From a virus (Duplodnaviria > Caudoviricetes), in the IMG/VR virus record IMGVR_UViG_3300033516_000032, positions 1 through 36,534 of that record: DNA of 36,534 bases; one strand, given 5' to 3'. The notes beneath the pieces are model-generated. The model searched no databases. It saw only the letters and a program-made list of their open reading frames with translations, and was not told the DNA's origin. Below, piece after piece: positions 9,214-17,301 of the stretch. Every line of letters begins with the position of its first letter. The stretch's first letter is position 1. Made by a program: the position numbers and the translations under genes.

Positions 9214-10086
9214 ATGTTAGAAAATAGAACAGTTTATATTAGACCCTTGGCCCTACTTCCAGAAGGTTCAATCAGAGGAAAGAACGCAGATCTCGCAAGA
9301 GCAGCTTTGCCTGGAACAGAGAAAACTATCTCAGTTCCTCTTGGTAGAAATGGTCGTCCTAAGGACATCTTCAGATATAAAGATCACGATCCTAGAAAAC
9401 TACAAGCTCATCTAGAAAAATTGACAGGCCTAAATCTAAGTCATAATGACCTGAACTCCGATCTTTTTTCTAAGACACTTAAACCTAGAATCCGCAGAGA
9501 TTCTGACAATCCTAAGGCTCTAGGGCTAAAGTTAGACCTAAACAACCCAATGGATTTTATTCAGTATCTAATCGCGGTAGCCTCAAGACGTGTAGCTGTT
9601 GATCCGGATCAAAAGGGAGAAGCAGGTAAACATTTCTACATCGAGGATCTAGGTTACGAACAAGAAGTCAAGGTATCCAATATGGTTATCAAAGATGCTG
9701 TGCTTACTAAGCTACTGGCTAATAGAGATAACGCTTCTTGGATTAGAGCCTTTATCAAGGTACTGAGTTCTTACTCAAGAGTCTTTAATATGTCTGCCAA
9801 GATGGACGTCCTAGCAGCTTACACGGAGTTGCGCGAACACTGTGATAATATAAAAACAGCACGAGTAATGAAAGAGGTTCTGGAGCTTCCTGAGGGAGAT
9901 TTCAATAACTACCGCTATCTTTACGATGGTCTAGATTCTCACGTAATTACGCTATCTGGTGGTTCCTATAAGATTAGTGCAACTGATGAGGTTATCGGTT
10001 ATACCGAAGCTGAAGCTGCTGCCTACTTAGGACAAGATTCCGCTAAAGGTTTGAAAATTGCAATTACTAAAAAATTGAAAGAATGA
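9214..10086 (+). CDS. conserved crAss-like protein downstream of MCP
   Basis: LDLNNPMDFIQY and HFYIED motifs, and synteny. Start moved from GTG 9187 (inside the hairpin) to in-frame ATG 9214 with an A-rich leader. Confidence 0.75.
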   Translation: MLENRTVYIRPLALLPEGSIRGKNADLARAALPGTEKTISVPLGRNGRPKDIFRYKDHDPRKLQAHLEKLTGLNLSHNDLNSDLFSKTLKPRIRRDSDNPKALGLKLDLNNPMDFIQYLIAVASRRVAVDPDQKGEAGKHFYIEDLGYEQEVKVSNMVIKDAVLTKLLANRDNASWIRAFIKVLSSYSRVFNMSAKMDVLAAYTELREHCDNIKTARVMKEVLELPEGDFNNYRYLYDGLDSHVITLSGGSYKISATDEVIGYTEAEAAAYLGQDSAKGLKIAITKKLKE

Positions 10087-11009
10087 CAGCAAACGATATG
10101 TCTAATGAGTTCATCCTAAGATATACAGGAGGTATCATCACGAACCTTCCGTATAATGACAGGGAGATTAGCTCATTTTTAACCCAAGCCTCTATAGAGT
10201 TGGTTCAGGAATACTTCACGCCAGACAAAAACAGACGGCAAAAAGGTTTCGAGCAAGACTCTATTAGGAGAGCAGAACTAGCTGGACTTGTTTCGGCTAC
10301 AACATTACTGAAGCCTGATAACTTTATTGCAGGTACTATCAACAATGGTGCGCTTCCTAGACCAGATCTAGATAATGAGACTACAGGACCTGAGGTTCTG
10401 CCTCACCCAGATGGTATGATTCAAGGCGAAGATAACTTCGGTGTCTTTGCACAACTTCCTAAGGAAGCTCTCTATGTTATCACAGAAAGAGCCTATGTCT
10501 CTGATATTTCTAGAAACATACATAGGTCTAACATTGAGGTACAACCAATGACTTATGATGCTTATCATGTTCTAATAGATAATCCCTACAAGAATCCTTA
10601 CCATTCATTGATCTGGCGTTTAGACTGGGGTAACTATACAACATCTACAGGATCAAATACGTCTGTCAATGGGATGAGTGGTGATAAGCCATCTTATGCG
10701 GGATCCTATGTTCCTGGAGGAGGTCCTACAGTTAATAAGGTAACGTTCTCAAAAGATGCTAACCCTATTATTCACTACCTAATTCCAGGTAAGGATATGC
10801 TAATTTGGGGCTATACAGTCCATTACATTAAGAAACCAGAACCTATCGTTGTAGATAGAAAATCTCCTGGAAATCAAGTTAACTCACAACTGGCAGAAAA
10901 CCTACACCCTAAGATTGTAGAAAGAGCCATCTCAATTGCATCTGCAGCCGCTGTAGTTGGACCATCTAAATACCAAATCTCAACAGCCGAAGAAGCAACC
11001 AATCCTTAA
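10083..11009 (+). CDS. tail ring (tubular) protein
   Basis: EISSFLTQA, GFEQ...RR.EL..LV, YIKKPEPI and LAENLHPKIVERA match crAss-like ring proteins. ATGA overlap with the upstream gene. Confidence 0.8.
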   Translation: MTANDMSNEFILRYTGGIITNLPYNDREISSFLTQASIELVQEYFTPDKNRRQKGFEQDSIRRAELAGLVSATTLLKPDNFIAGTINNGALPRPDLDNETTGPEVLPHPDGMIQGEDNFGVFAQLPKEALYVITERAYVSDISRNIHRSNIEVQPMTYDAYHVLIDNPYKNPYHSLIWRLDWGNYTTSTGSNTSVNGMSGDKPSYAGSYVPGGGPTVNKVTFSKDANPIIHYLIPGKDMLIWGYTVHYIKKPEPIVVDRKSPGNQVNSQLAENLHPKIVERAISIASAAAVVGPSKYQISTAEEATNP

Positions 11010-11038
11010 AATTTATCCTTTAAACTCTAATTTATACA

Positions 11039-12067
11039 ATGGAAACTAAGAACATTCATCAGTATTTTGTAGGAGGTTTGCTAGCTGCAGGTACACAAGT
11101 ACTTGACTCTACTCTGCCTACTTTCATCAATCCGGGTCAAATTCTTTTCACAACTGCTAATGGCACACCACTAACCGCAGGGCTAATTGCCAATCTTGAT
11201 GAGAAGTACTTCATGATCCACAAACGTCCTCCCTTTGGTGCAGGCCTTCATCAAGTTGACAAGATTAACTATCACGAGATTAAACTGCTAGCTAAGACTC
11301 CTTACCTTGCACCTTCTTCTCAAGTTTATCTAGTGGATGCAACGCCTTATACCATCCTAGATGACACGCTGTATAGCCTAACTGTTCACATTGAAACGAA
11401 TACTCCGATCTTTGAAAACGCTGTTAGAGACATTACCTTTACCTACAGAACGCCTCTGAACGCTGTTGCTTCAGGTCTAACTATGGCAAAAGTAATGGAA
11501 GAACTAGCTATCAAGATTAACAAAAGATTCGAGAAAAATGACCTTCCAGTTCAATTGAGTGCAGCTTTCGCAGGTACTAAACTGGACATCATTACGCATC
11601 CTTTCGAGTTTGTAATGGGTAATCAGTACGAAGTTCCTAGAATTTCAGTACATACTAACTTCATCTACGCTGATCTTTCTACTAACCTTTACAGAGAAGT
11701 CGGTGGAACAGCACTAGCTGGTGCAGCTGCTTCTTATCTTCCTGCTACGAGAGGTGCCGGTACTTACGAGGAAGTCGCTGAACATGAGTTCCATCACCTT
11801 GGAATCTGGGGTCAGAATAGAGTTCTTGGTAATGAAAGATACCCGACTTACGCTAGACCTCTGGGAGTTGTTGAAGGTACTTGCTACACTCAATACACCA
11901 TTGGATGGGAAAATACGGACACTAGAAACTTCGAGGGAGCTGTTCTACACAGAGGTGATGTCACAATCGCTGTTCCTCAGGGTGGAGCTCTTGAAACTTA
12001 CGTTCAAGCTCTTATGGCAGCTCTGGCTACTAGATCAGCTGTTTCAGCAAAAGTCATTGGGCTTTGA
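11039..12067 (+). CDS. putative auxiliary capsid/structural protein
   Basis: Position after the ring gene, GAGTYEEVAEHE.....G motif, MCP-like codon style, followed by a strong terminator. Confidence 0.65.
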   Translation: METKNIHQYFVGGLLAAGTQVLDSTLPTFINPGQILFTTANGTPLTAGLIANLDEKYFMIHKRPPFGAGLHQVDKINYHEIKLLAKTPYLAPSSQVYLVDATPYTILDDTLYSLTVHIETNTPIFENAVRDITFTYRTPLNAVASGLTMAKVMEELAIKINKRFEKNDLPVQLSAAFAGTKLDIITHPFEFVMGNQYEVPRISVHTNFIYADLSTNLYREVGGTALAGAAASYLPATRGAGTYEEVAEHEFHHLGIWGQNRVLGNERYPTYARPLGVVEGTCYTQYTIGWENTDTRNFEGAVLHRGDVTIAVPQGGALETYVQALMAALATRSAVSAKVIGL

Positions 12068-12108
12068 TCCTGTAGTAAGTTTATTGCACAACTAATTTAA
12101 CAACCTGA

Positions 12109-12140
12109 GCGGGAAGAGGATGTTCCTCTTCCCGTTTTTT
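12109..12140 (+). terminator. Rho-independent terminator
   Basis: CGGGAAGAGGA-TGT-TCCTCTTCCCG perfect 11-bp stem followed by TTTTTT. Confidence 0.92.
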
Positions 12141-12156
12141 ATAAAACACTACGCGT

Positions 12157-13128
12157 ATGTTATTTTTAACACTAGATCCTGCAATACAAGATTTTGAACG
12201 ATATCCTACTATTATTTTAGCTATCTTTACGGCTGCTATTTTAATTCCTGTATTGGTTCTTTATAGACAAATAACTAGAGGTTTAAATAAACTAACTACT
12301 TCTTTAGACCACTTTTCCTCAAGGTTGGATAACTTAGATTGGAGACTCGCACTTAAGTTCGAAACTCCCCTCCAAGTAGAACTCGACATCAAAATAATCT
12401 TCGACGAATATCTTAAAAACTTTGAGGATTTATACCGAGTTTATGGAAGAGATGCTGAGAGAATAAAAAACTATCTACGTCTAAAACGAGATCTTTTCGG
12501 ATCTATCTTTAAGAAAACTCTACAAAACCTAAACTCCAAACAGATAGAAATCAATCTGCCAATAGAACTAAACAAGGTTAAAGATGCTCTAAACGAAGAG
12601 AAAATAGTTAGTGCCATAGGCAAACTAAACAAAGATGCCATAGATAGAGCAACTGATTCACACGCAGCACTCTTTGTAAAGAGAGCAATTGAGATAGTAA
12701 ACGATCCTCAAAATGCAGCCAGAGTACGATTAACCTTTGAAATCAAGAAGTTTGTCACTGAGAACATTGAGAAAACTATAGTTGCTTATCTAGAAAACTA
12801 CAAGACAAACATAAGTTTCGATCAAAGTACTCCTGACATTACTCAAGAAGTTTATGGTTTAGCAGAGAAGTTAGCTTTTCTTAGACGTTACTTTATTGAA
12901 AATCCAGATGAGGAGCATACCATCAAGGTTGTAGAAAGTTTAAAGAACATCTTTCCAGATAAGCATCAAGACATCAAGGATAAAATCCTAAGAGACCTTT
13001 CTTCCTTAGTGGCTACCAAGAGAGCCAATCTTTGGGCTGATGAGCATAATCTACTGAAGAACAAGATTTCCTATACCATATTAAATTTAATCACCGAATA
13101 TAATGAAAAGCTTTCGAAACAATCTTGA
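12157..13128 (+). CDS. membrane-anchored protein with possible C-terminal EAD11-like helical domain
   Basis: N-terminal hydrophobic helix IILAIFTAAILIPVLVLY. The C-terminal ~80 aa end in NKISYTILNLITEY, resembling the EAD11 terminal helix (by eye). The CDS itself is solid; the domain call is tentative. Confidence 0.55.
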   Translation: MLFLTLDPAIQDFERYPTIILAIFTAAILIPVLVLYRQITRGLNKLTTSLDHFSSRLDNLDWRLALKFETPLQVELDIKIIFDEYLKNFEDLYRVYGRDAERIKNYLRLKRDLFGSIFKKTLQNLNSKQIEINLPIELNKVKDALNEEKIVSAIGKLNKDAIDRATDSHAALFVKRAIEIVNDPQNAARVRLTFEIKKFVTENIEKTIVAYLENYKTNISFDQSTPDITQEVYGLAEKLAFLRRYFIENPDEEHTIKVVESLKNIFPDKHQDIKDKILRDLSSLVATKRANLWADEHNLLKNKISYTILNLITEYNEKLSKQS

Positions 13129-13681
13129 AATTTTCTTTCCCAGTACTAAAGAAATGCTTATCTTTGACGCAAGTGTTGGGGATAGTGTTCCTCGTGCGAT
13201 AGACACACTACAAGTAGAAATACAAAGTTCTACCTTTCCAAGTAAGGCTTTCTACCTCTTTAACGTCTTTGACTATGTGCGTCAAGATGACGAATTGCTA
13301 AAACTACATTCCGATAGATTTGATCTAAAGAATGGCTTTCAATCAGGAATCTATGAGTTTAAGTACACAGTCAATAGTCAAATAGCTACAAGAAGATTGC
13401 TTTACTATGCACCAATTCTTGAAGAAGTCTCAGCACTCCTACACAAACTAAACACAAAAGTAGAAATCAAAGAACTAAATGTCAATTACATACCGGATGT
13501 TCAGGATAAAATCAACTATGATAATCTAGAACAAATCCGTTTAGTCTTGGCATTAGTTGGACAGTTAGAGTTTGTTGCACGTAAACTTACCTTCAACATA
13601 GGTGCAGATGACGTGGAAGTAAATGATATACTAATGAAATTGAAACGACTTTTAAAAATAATAGAAAATGGAACTAATTAA
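13103..13681 (+). CDS. putative tail hub / fibre-attachment protein
   Basis: SGIYEFKYTVN resembles the 'DGIY...Y.V' motif of crAss-like hub proteins; beta-rich N-terminus and helical C-terminus; lies upstream of the fibre genes. Confidence 0.55.
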   Translation: MKSFRNNLEIFFPSTKEMLIFDASVGDSVPRAIDTLQVEIQSSTFPSKAFYLFNVFDYVRQDDELLKLHSDRFDLKNGFQSGIYEFKYTVNSQIATRRLLYYAPILEEVSALLHKLNTKVEIKELNVNYIPDVQDKINYDNLEQIRLVLALVGQLEFVARKLTFNIGADDVEVNDILMKLKRLLKIIENGTN

Positions 13682-15749
13682 CCAAAGACATAGAGGAGTC
13701 ATTTACTTCTCGAACAATGAGATGGTTCTAGTAGCGCAGAGACAATACTCTCACGATGGTAAAAATTACTGGGAAGACTACTTTGTACCGCACGAACACA
13801 CTAATCCAATGGACCCAAGAACAACAATCGGAGGTCATAAATGGATGAGAATTAGACATGAAGGTGATGATTTCTTTCAACCACCAATGAGAATTGTGGC
13901 TGATCAACCTGAATTTAAGGTCGATCTTAATGCCGATAAAGAGTATTCATTATACTACAAGTTGCTTGAAGAAGCTGATTGGAAAGAACTATTCAATCTA
14001 AAACTAATCGAGGGAAAAGATGGAGAACCGGGAAGACCAGGACAACCTGGACAAGGATTACATATTGACCTATATGGTTACTACAATGAAAGGCCTTCGT
14101 GTCCGACTTCGTGTGCTAAGAGCTCTTGTAGTTCTTGCTCTAGTGGAGGTTGCTCTTCTTGTGCTACACCTTGTTCTGCAACTACCGGGGCACTCTTTAT
14201 GTCTCTCGGAGATGGTTCTATGCCCATTACGTCGTCTGAACTTGGAAAATATCGTTCAGATGATGGCAAGCTTTGGGTCCAGATCTACATCAATGACGTA
14301 GGCAGATCTACCCGCTTTATTGCTGATGGTCCTCTTGGAGAGAACTATCTTGATTACAGACAAACAAATTACTTAAATACGAGAGGACTTATCTATGTAT
14401 GTGCTGATGGTACCTGGTCTCCTACTACTTTATCGGCTTCATCTTATTTGGTTAAGGAGTCGTTCCCGTCTTCCAAAATAGGATTCCTGTCTGATTATGT
14501 TCATTATTATCCTACTACAGGAATTCTTCCTGGTACGATTACGATGCAAGATGGCTTCCTAGAAGTCAATATTGATTCTCTAAACTACACGCATTTAAAG
14601 CTAGATACCTTCAACAAACACTTCATCCACGATCAAGCTAATCCTGTAGCTTTAGCTCTTGATGTTGTAGCTGGTGATGGCCTCTATGCTTATGATTCTT
14701 CTACAGAAGCAGTGCCTGTTCTAGGAGTAAATCCAGAAGACTTTATTAACGATGGTCTCGCCGTTTTCTATGGACCAGCTCTTAATCCAGATGGTTCTTT
14801 GGATAAAGATATTATCGTTAACGTCAATGATCTAATTGATCCTTTCTCAGGCCTAGAGGTCGTCGAGGGAACCGATGAATTTGACAACTTAAAGGTTAAG
14901 GCAGGCCAAGCAATTGCCGTAAATAACCTTGGAGTTAACGTTCTCTATGATGATGTAGCTATTACTGTAGATTCTAATCAATTAACGATAAAAGATTATG
15001 GTGTAAAAATTGAGCACTTAAATCCTAATGTTGTAGCCGTTAATGGTGGTCTAAGGCGTACTGATGCCGGTTTAATCGTTATTCCAGACACTGCGAGGGG
15101 TATAGGTGTTACAGCTGCTGGTGTAGGTATTCTTAATTTGGGTGTCTCAGGTTCGCTCCTAAACCCTAATGTGGCCAATGAGCTAGCTGGTATTCAACTG
15201 AGAAATCAAAAACTAGAAGTTAAGTTAGATGGTGATTACCTTGAGTTTGACAACACTGGTAATATTACAATTACCGATGATTTCTTTGCTAATTTACCCA
15301 ATGATGCAGTAACTGCTATTCAGGTAGATGCCATCAATAAAGATGGTGTAGTTGCTCTAAATAGCACATCATCTAATCCTATTATTACATCTGATTGGGT
15401 ATGGAGTGGTCAAGTTGCTGAGCTTAAATTGGGAATCAATGAGGTTGCTTTAGATGCCTATCTTGATGATTGGTTGACTGGACAATCTGATGCGGTTACT
15501 GATGCGGAGGTTTTTGGAGCACTTAAAAATATTCTAAAGAATACTTATCCAGTGACTTTAGCCTTCGATGACATCAATAAAACAGCAACTATTGGTAGCT
15601 TAGCTGTTACCTATGAGACACCTATTGGTAATATGGTAATCTCTAAAGACAGAGGTATTTACATCAGAAGTGGTAATACATACTACAAATTGTCCGCAGA
15701 TTCAAATAGAAACCTTTATCTAGATTCATCAGACTCATGGATAGCATAA
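13668..15749 (+). CDS. tail fibre protein with short collagen segment, Cys-rich insert and beta-spiral-like repeats
   Basis: QYSHDG..YW...KWMR...P module, GKDGEPGRPGQPGQG collagen triplets, repeated (A/D/G)xG(L/I) shaft motifs, C-terminal GIYIRSGNTYYKLSAD. Confidence 0.75.
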   Translation: MELINQRHRGVIYFSNNEMVLVAQRQYSHDGKNYWEDYFVPHEHTNPMDPRTTIGGHKWMRIRHEGDDFFQPPMRIVADQPEFKVDLNADKEYSLYYKLLEEADWKELFNLKLIEGKDGEPGRPGQPGQGLHIDLYGYYNERPSCPTSCAKSSCSSCSSGGCSSCATPCSATTGALFMSLGDGSMPITSSELGKYRSDDGKLWVQIYINDVGRSTRFIADGPLGENYLDYRQTNYLNTRGLIYVCADGTWSPTTLSASSYLVKESFPSSKIGFLSDYVHYYPTTGILPGTITMQDGFLEVNIDSLNYTHLKLDTFNKHFIHDQANPVALALDVVAGDGLYAYDSSTEAVPVLGVNPEDFINDGLAVFYGPALNPDGSLDKDIIVNVNDLIDPFSGLEVVEGTDEFDNLKVKAGQAIAVNNLGVNVLYDDVAITVDSNQLTIKDYGVKIEHLNPNVVAVNGGLRRTDAGLIVIPDTARGIGVTAAGVGILNLGVSGSLLNPNVANELAGIQLRNQKLEVKLDGDYLEFDNTGNITITDDFFANLPNDAVTAIQVDAINKDGVVALNSTSSNPIITSDWVWSGQVAELKLGINEVALDAYLDDWLTGQSDAVTDAEVFGALKNILKNTYPVTLAFDDINKTATIGSLAVTYETPIGNMVISKDRGIYIRSGNTYYKLSADSNRNLYLDSSDSWIA

Positions 15750-16345
15750 AAGAATTAGACAGTTTAATCAGAGGGCTACACGAAAATGTAGCCCTCGATA
15801 AAAGAGGTGTAGTACAAATCTTTACTAAGCTAAGGTATCTTGTAGAATCTATAGACAAACAGTTTTTAGAGTCCCTGGAGGCTTTAAAGAAAGAATCTCT
15901 TGCACTCACTGCAAAAGTGCAGGAACAGACTACAGGACAGGTAGCTTTACAAGCAGAAGACTCGAAGCTAGCCGACAGTCTTGTAGTTGTTGAACAGTCC
16001 CTAACCGAAAAGACTCAAACTGTAAATGCTAATCTTATTAAAACAACTACAAGTCTAACCACTCAATTAGAAGCACTTAATGCAAAAACAACTAAGATGG
16101 AAGTTAATCTTGCTGCCTTTAAAGAAGAAGTAACAAGTGCTCTAGCAAAGCTAACCCTAGCAGTTTCTGATAATACCTTGGGTAATCTAACTACAACATC
16201 TACAGGAATAGAGATCAATGGACCTCTTAAAATACAAGCACCAGCTATTATGCAAGTAGATGCTCAACCAGGATCTATATTCTATAGTCCAGATACAGAC
16301 CAATTCATTATTGTCAAGGCTGCAAATAACATATTAAAACTATGA
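15737..16345 (+). CDS. coiled-coil fibre/needle-like structural protein
   Basis: Long heptad-patterned region and C-terminal GSIFYSPDTDQF motif of the kind seen in phage fibres; lies within the fibre cluster. Confidence 0.55.
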   Translation: MDSIKELDSLIRGLHENVALDKRGVVQIFTKLRYLVESIDKQFLESLEALKKESLALTAKVQEQTTGQVALQAEDSKLADSLVVVEQSLTEKTQTVNANLIKTTTSLTTQLEALNAKTTKMEVNLAAFKEEVTSALAKLTLAVSDNTLGNLTTTSTGIEINGPLKIQAPAIMQVDAQPGSIFYSPDTDQFIIVKAANNILKL

Positions 16346-17301
16346 TAACAGATAAATTTCCAAGTTCTATAGAAGCTCCCTATAGATTATTTCTTGAATA
16401 TTCGGAAGATATTGCTTTAGCAGAAGGAGAAAGACTTAGTGTAAATGATCCTAGGTTTAATTGGGAAACTACTTTTCAACCCAATGATTATACATCTACA
16501 GCAGGTATCAGGCGTAAACCTCACGTCTGGATGCGCTGGAAAGTTGGTGTAACAGGCTCCTGGCAAGGTCCTGCTAAACTAGTTGGTAGAGATGGTTATC
16601 AAGGTTCTGATGGTATAAAGGGTGATCCAGGACCCCAAGGACCTAGCGGACCAGCTGGTTTACAAACAATAATCTATACACAGCCTTATACCTTTTCCTA
16701 CAATGCGCTATCTGGCAATCTAGAGGTTTACAAAGATGGTGTTTTACATAATGCCTTTTATATAAAAGGTGCTGCAGGTCCACAAGGGATTCAGGGATTA
16801 CCTGGTTCTCAAGGACCTCAGGGGCCTATGGGAAATCCATTTCAGGCAGAATCTACAGGAAACATCTTTACAGGAACAAACATAGCCGGTCTAGGTCTAG
16901 ATAATTATTCTGGAAGAACTACCGACTTCGTGAACAATCCTTATTTCCATATCGTAATGTCAGATAATCGTTCAGGAGCTAAGGATGGTACTGTAGGTAA
17001 TGAGAGTCCTGTAGTAAATATCGTAGGCACATCAATTCCTACTAACGATTTGTCGGGCCACTTGATAGCCTACAACGGTACTTCCTGGGTAGATTATGGT
17101 CTCTTCACTGGGGTCAAAGGTGATCTAGGAGCCACCGGACCAACAGGTCCTCAAGGGGAACCCGGGGTTCCAGGACTTGATGGCAAAGCAATGACTGTTT
17201 TTTACATGTGTCCAAGCTCATATAATTCTGGAAATGCTGAGGATTTAAACTGGAAAAATAACGCTAGACCTGGAGATATTCTAATACTTCGTTGTCCATG
17301 A
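16342..17301 (+). CDS. collagen-repeat tail fibre protein
   Basis: Three Gly-X-Y blocks (starting 16585, 16768, 17110), N-terminal YSED...W...WMRW...W..P module and GHLIAYNGTSWVDYG. Confidence 0.8.
   Translation: MITDKFPSSIEAPYRLFLEYSEDIALAEGERLSVNDPRFNWETTFQPNDYTSTAGIRRKPHVWMRWKVGVTGSWQGPAKLVGRDGYQGSDGIKGDPGPQGPSGPAGLQTIIYTQPYTFSYNALSGNLEVYKDGVLHNAFYIKGAAGPQGIQGLPGSQGPQGPMGNPFQAESTGNIFTGTNIAGLGLDNYSGRTTDFVNNPYFHIVMSDNRSGAKDGTVGNESPVVNIVGTSIPTNDLSGHLIAYNGTSWVDYGLFTGVKGDLGATGPTGPQGEPGVPGLDGKAMTVFYMCPSSYNSGNAEDLNWKNNARPGDILILRCP

Noticed and set aside
4950-14301. Alternative-frame + strand ORFs 4950-5189, 8801-9031, 11721-12095, 14020-14301
   Set aside because: Nested in well-supported genes with no recognisable motifs or initiation context.
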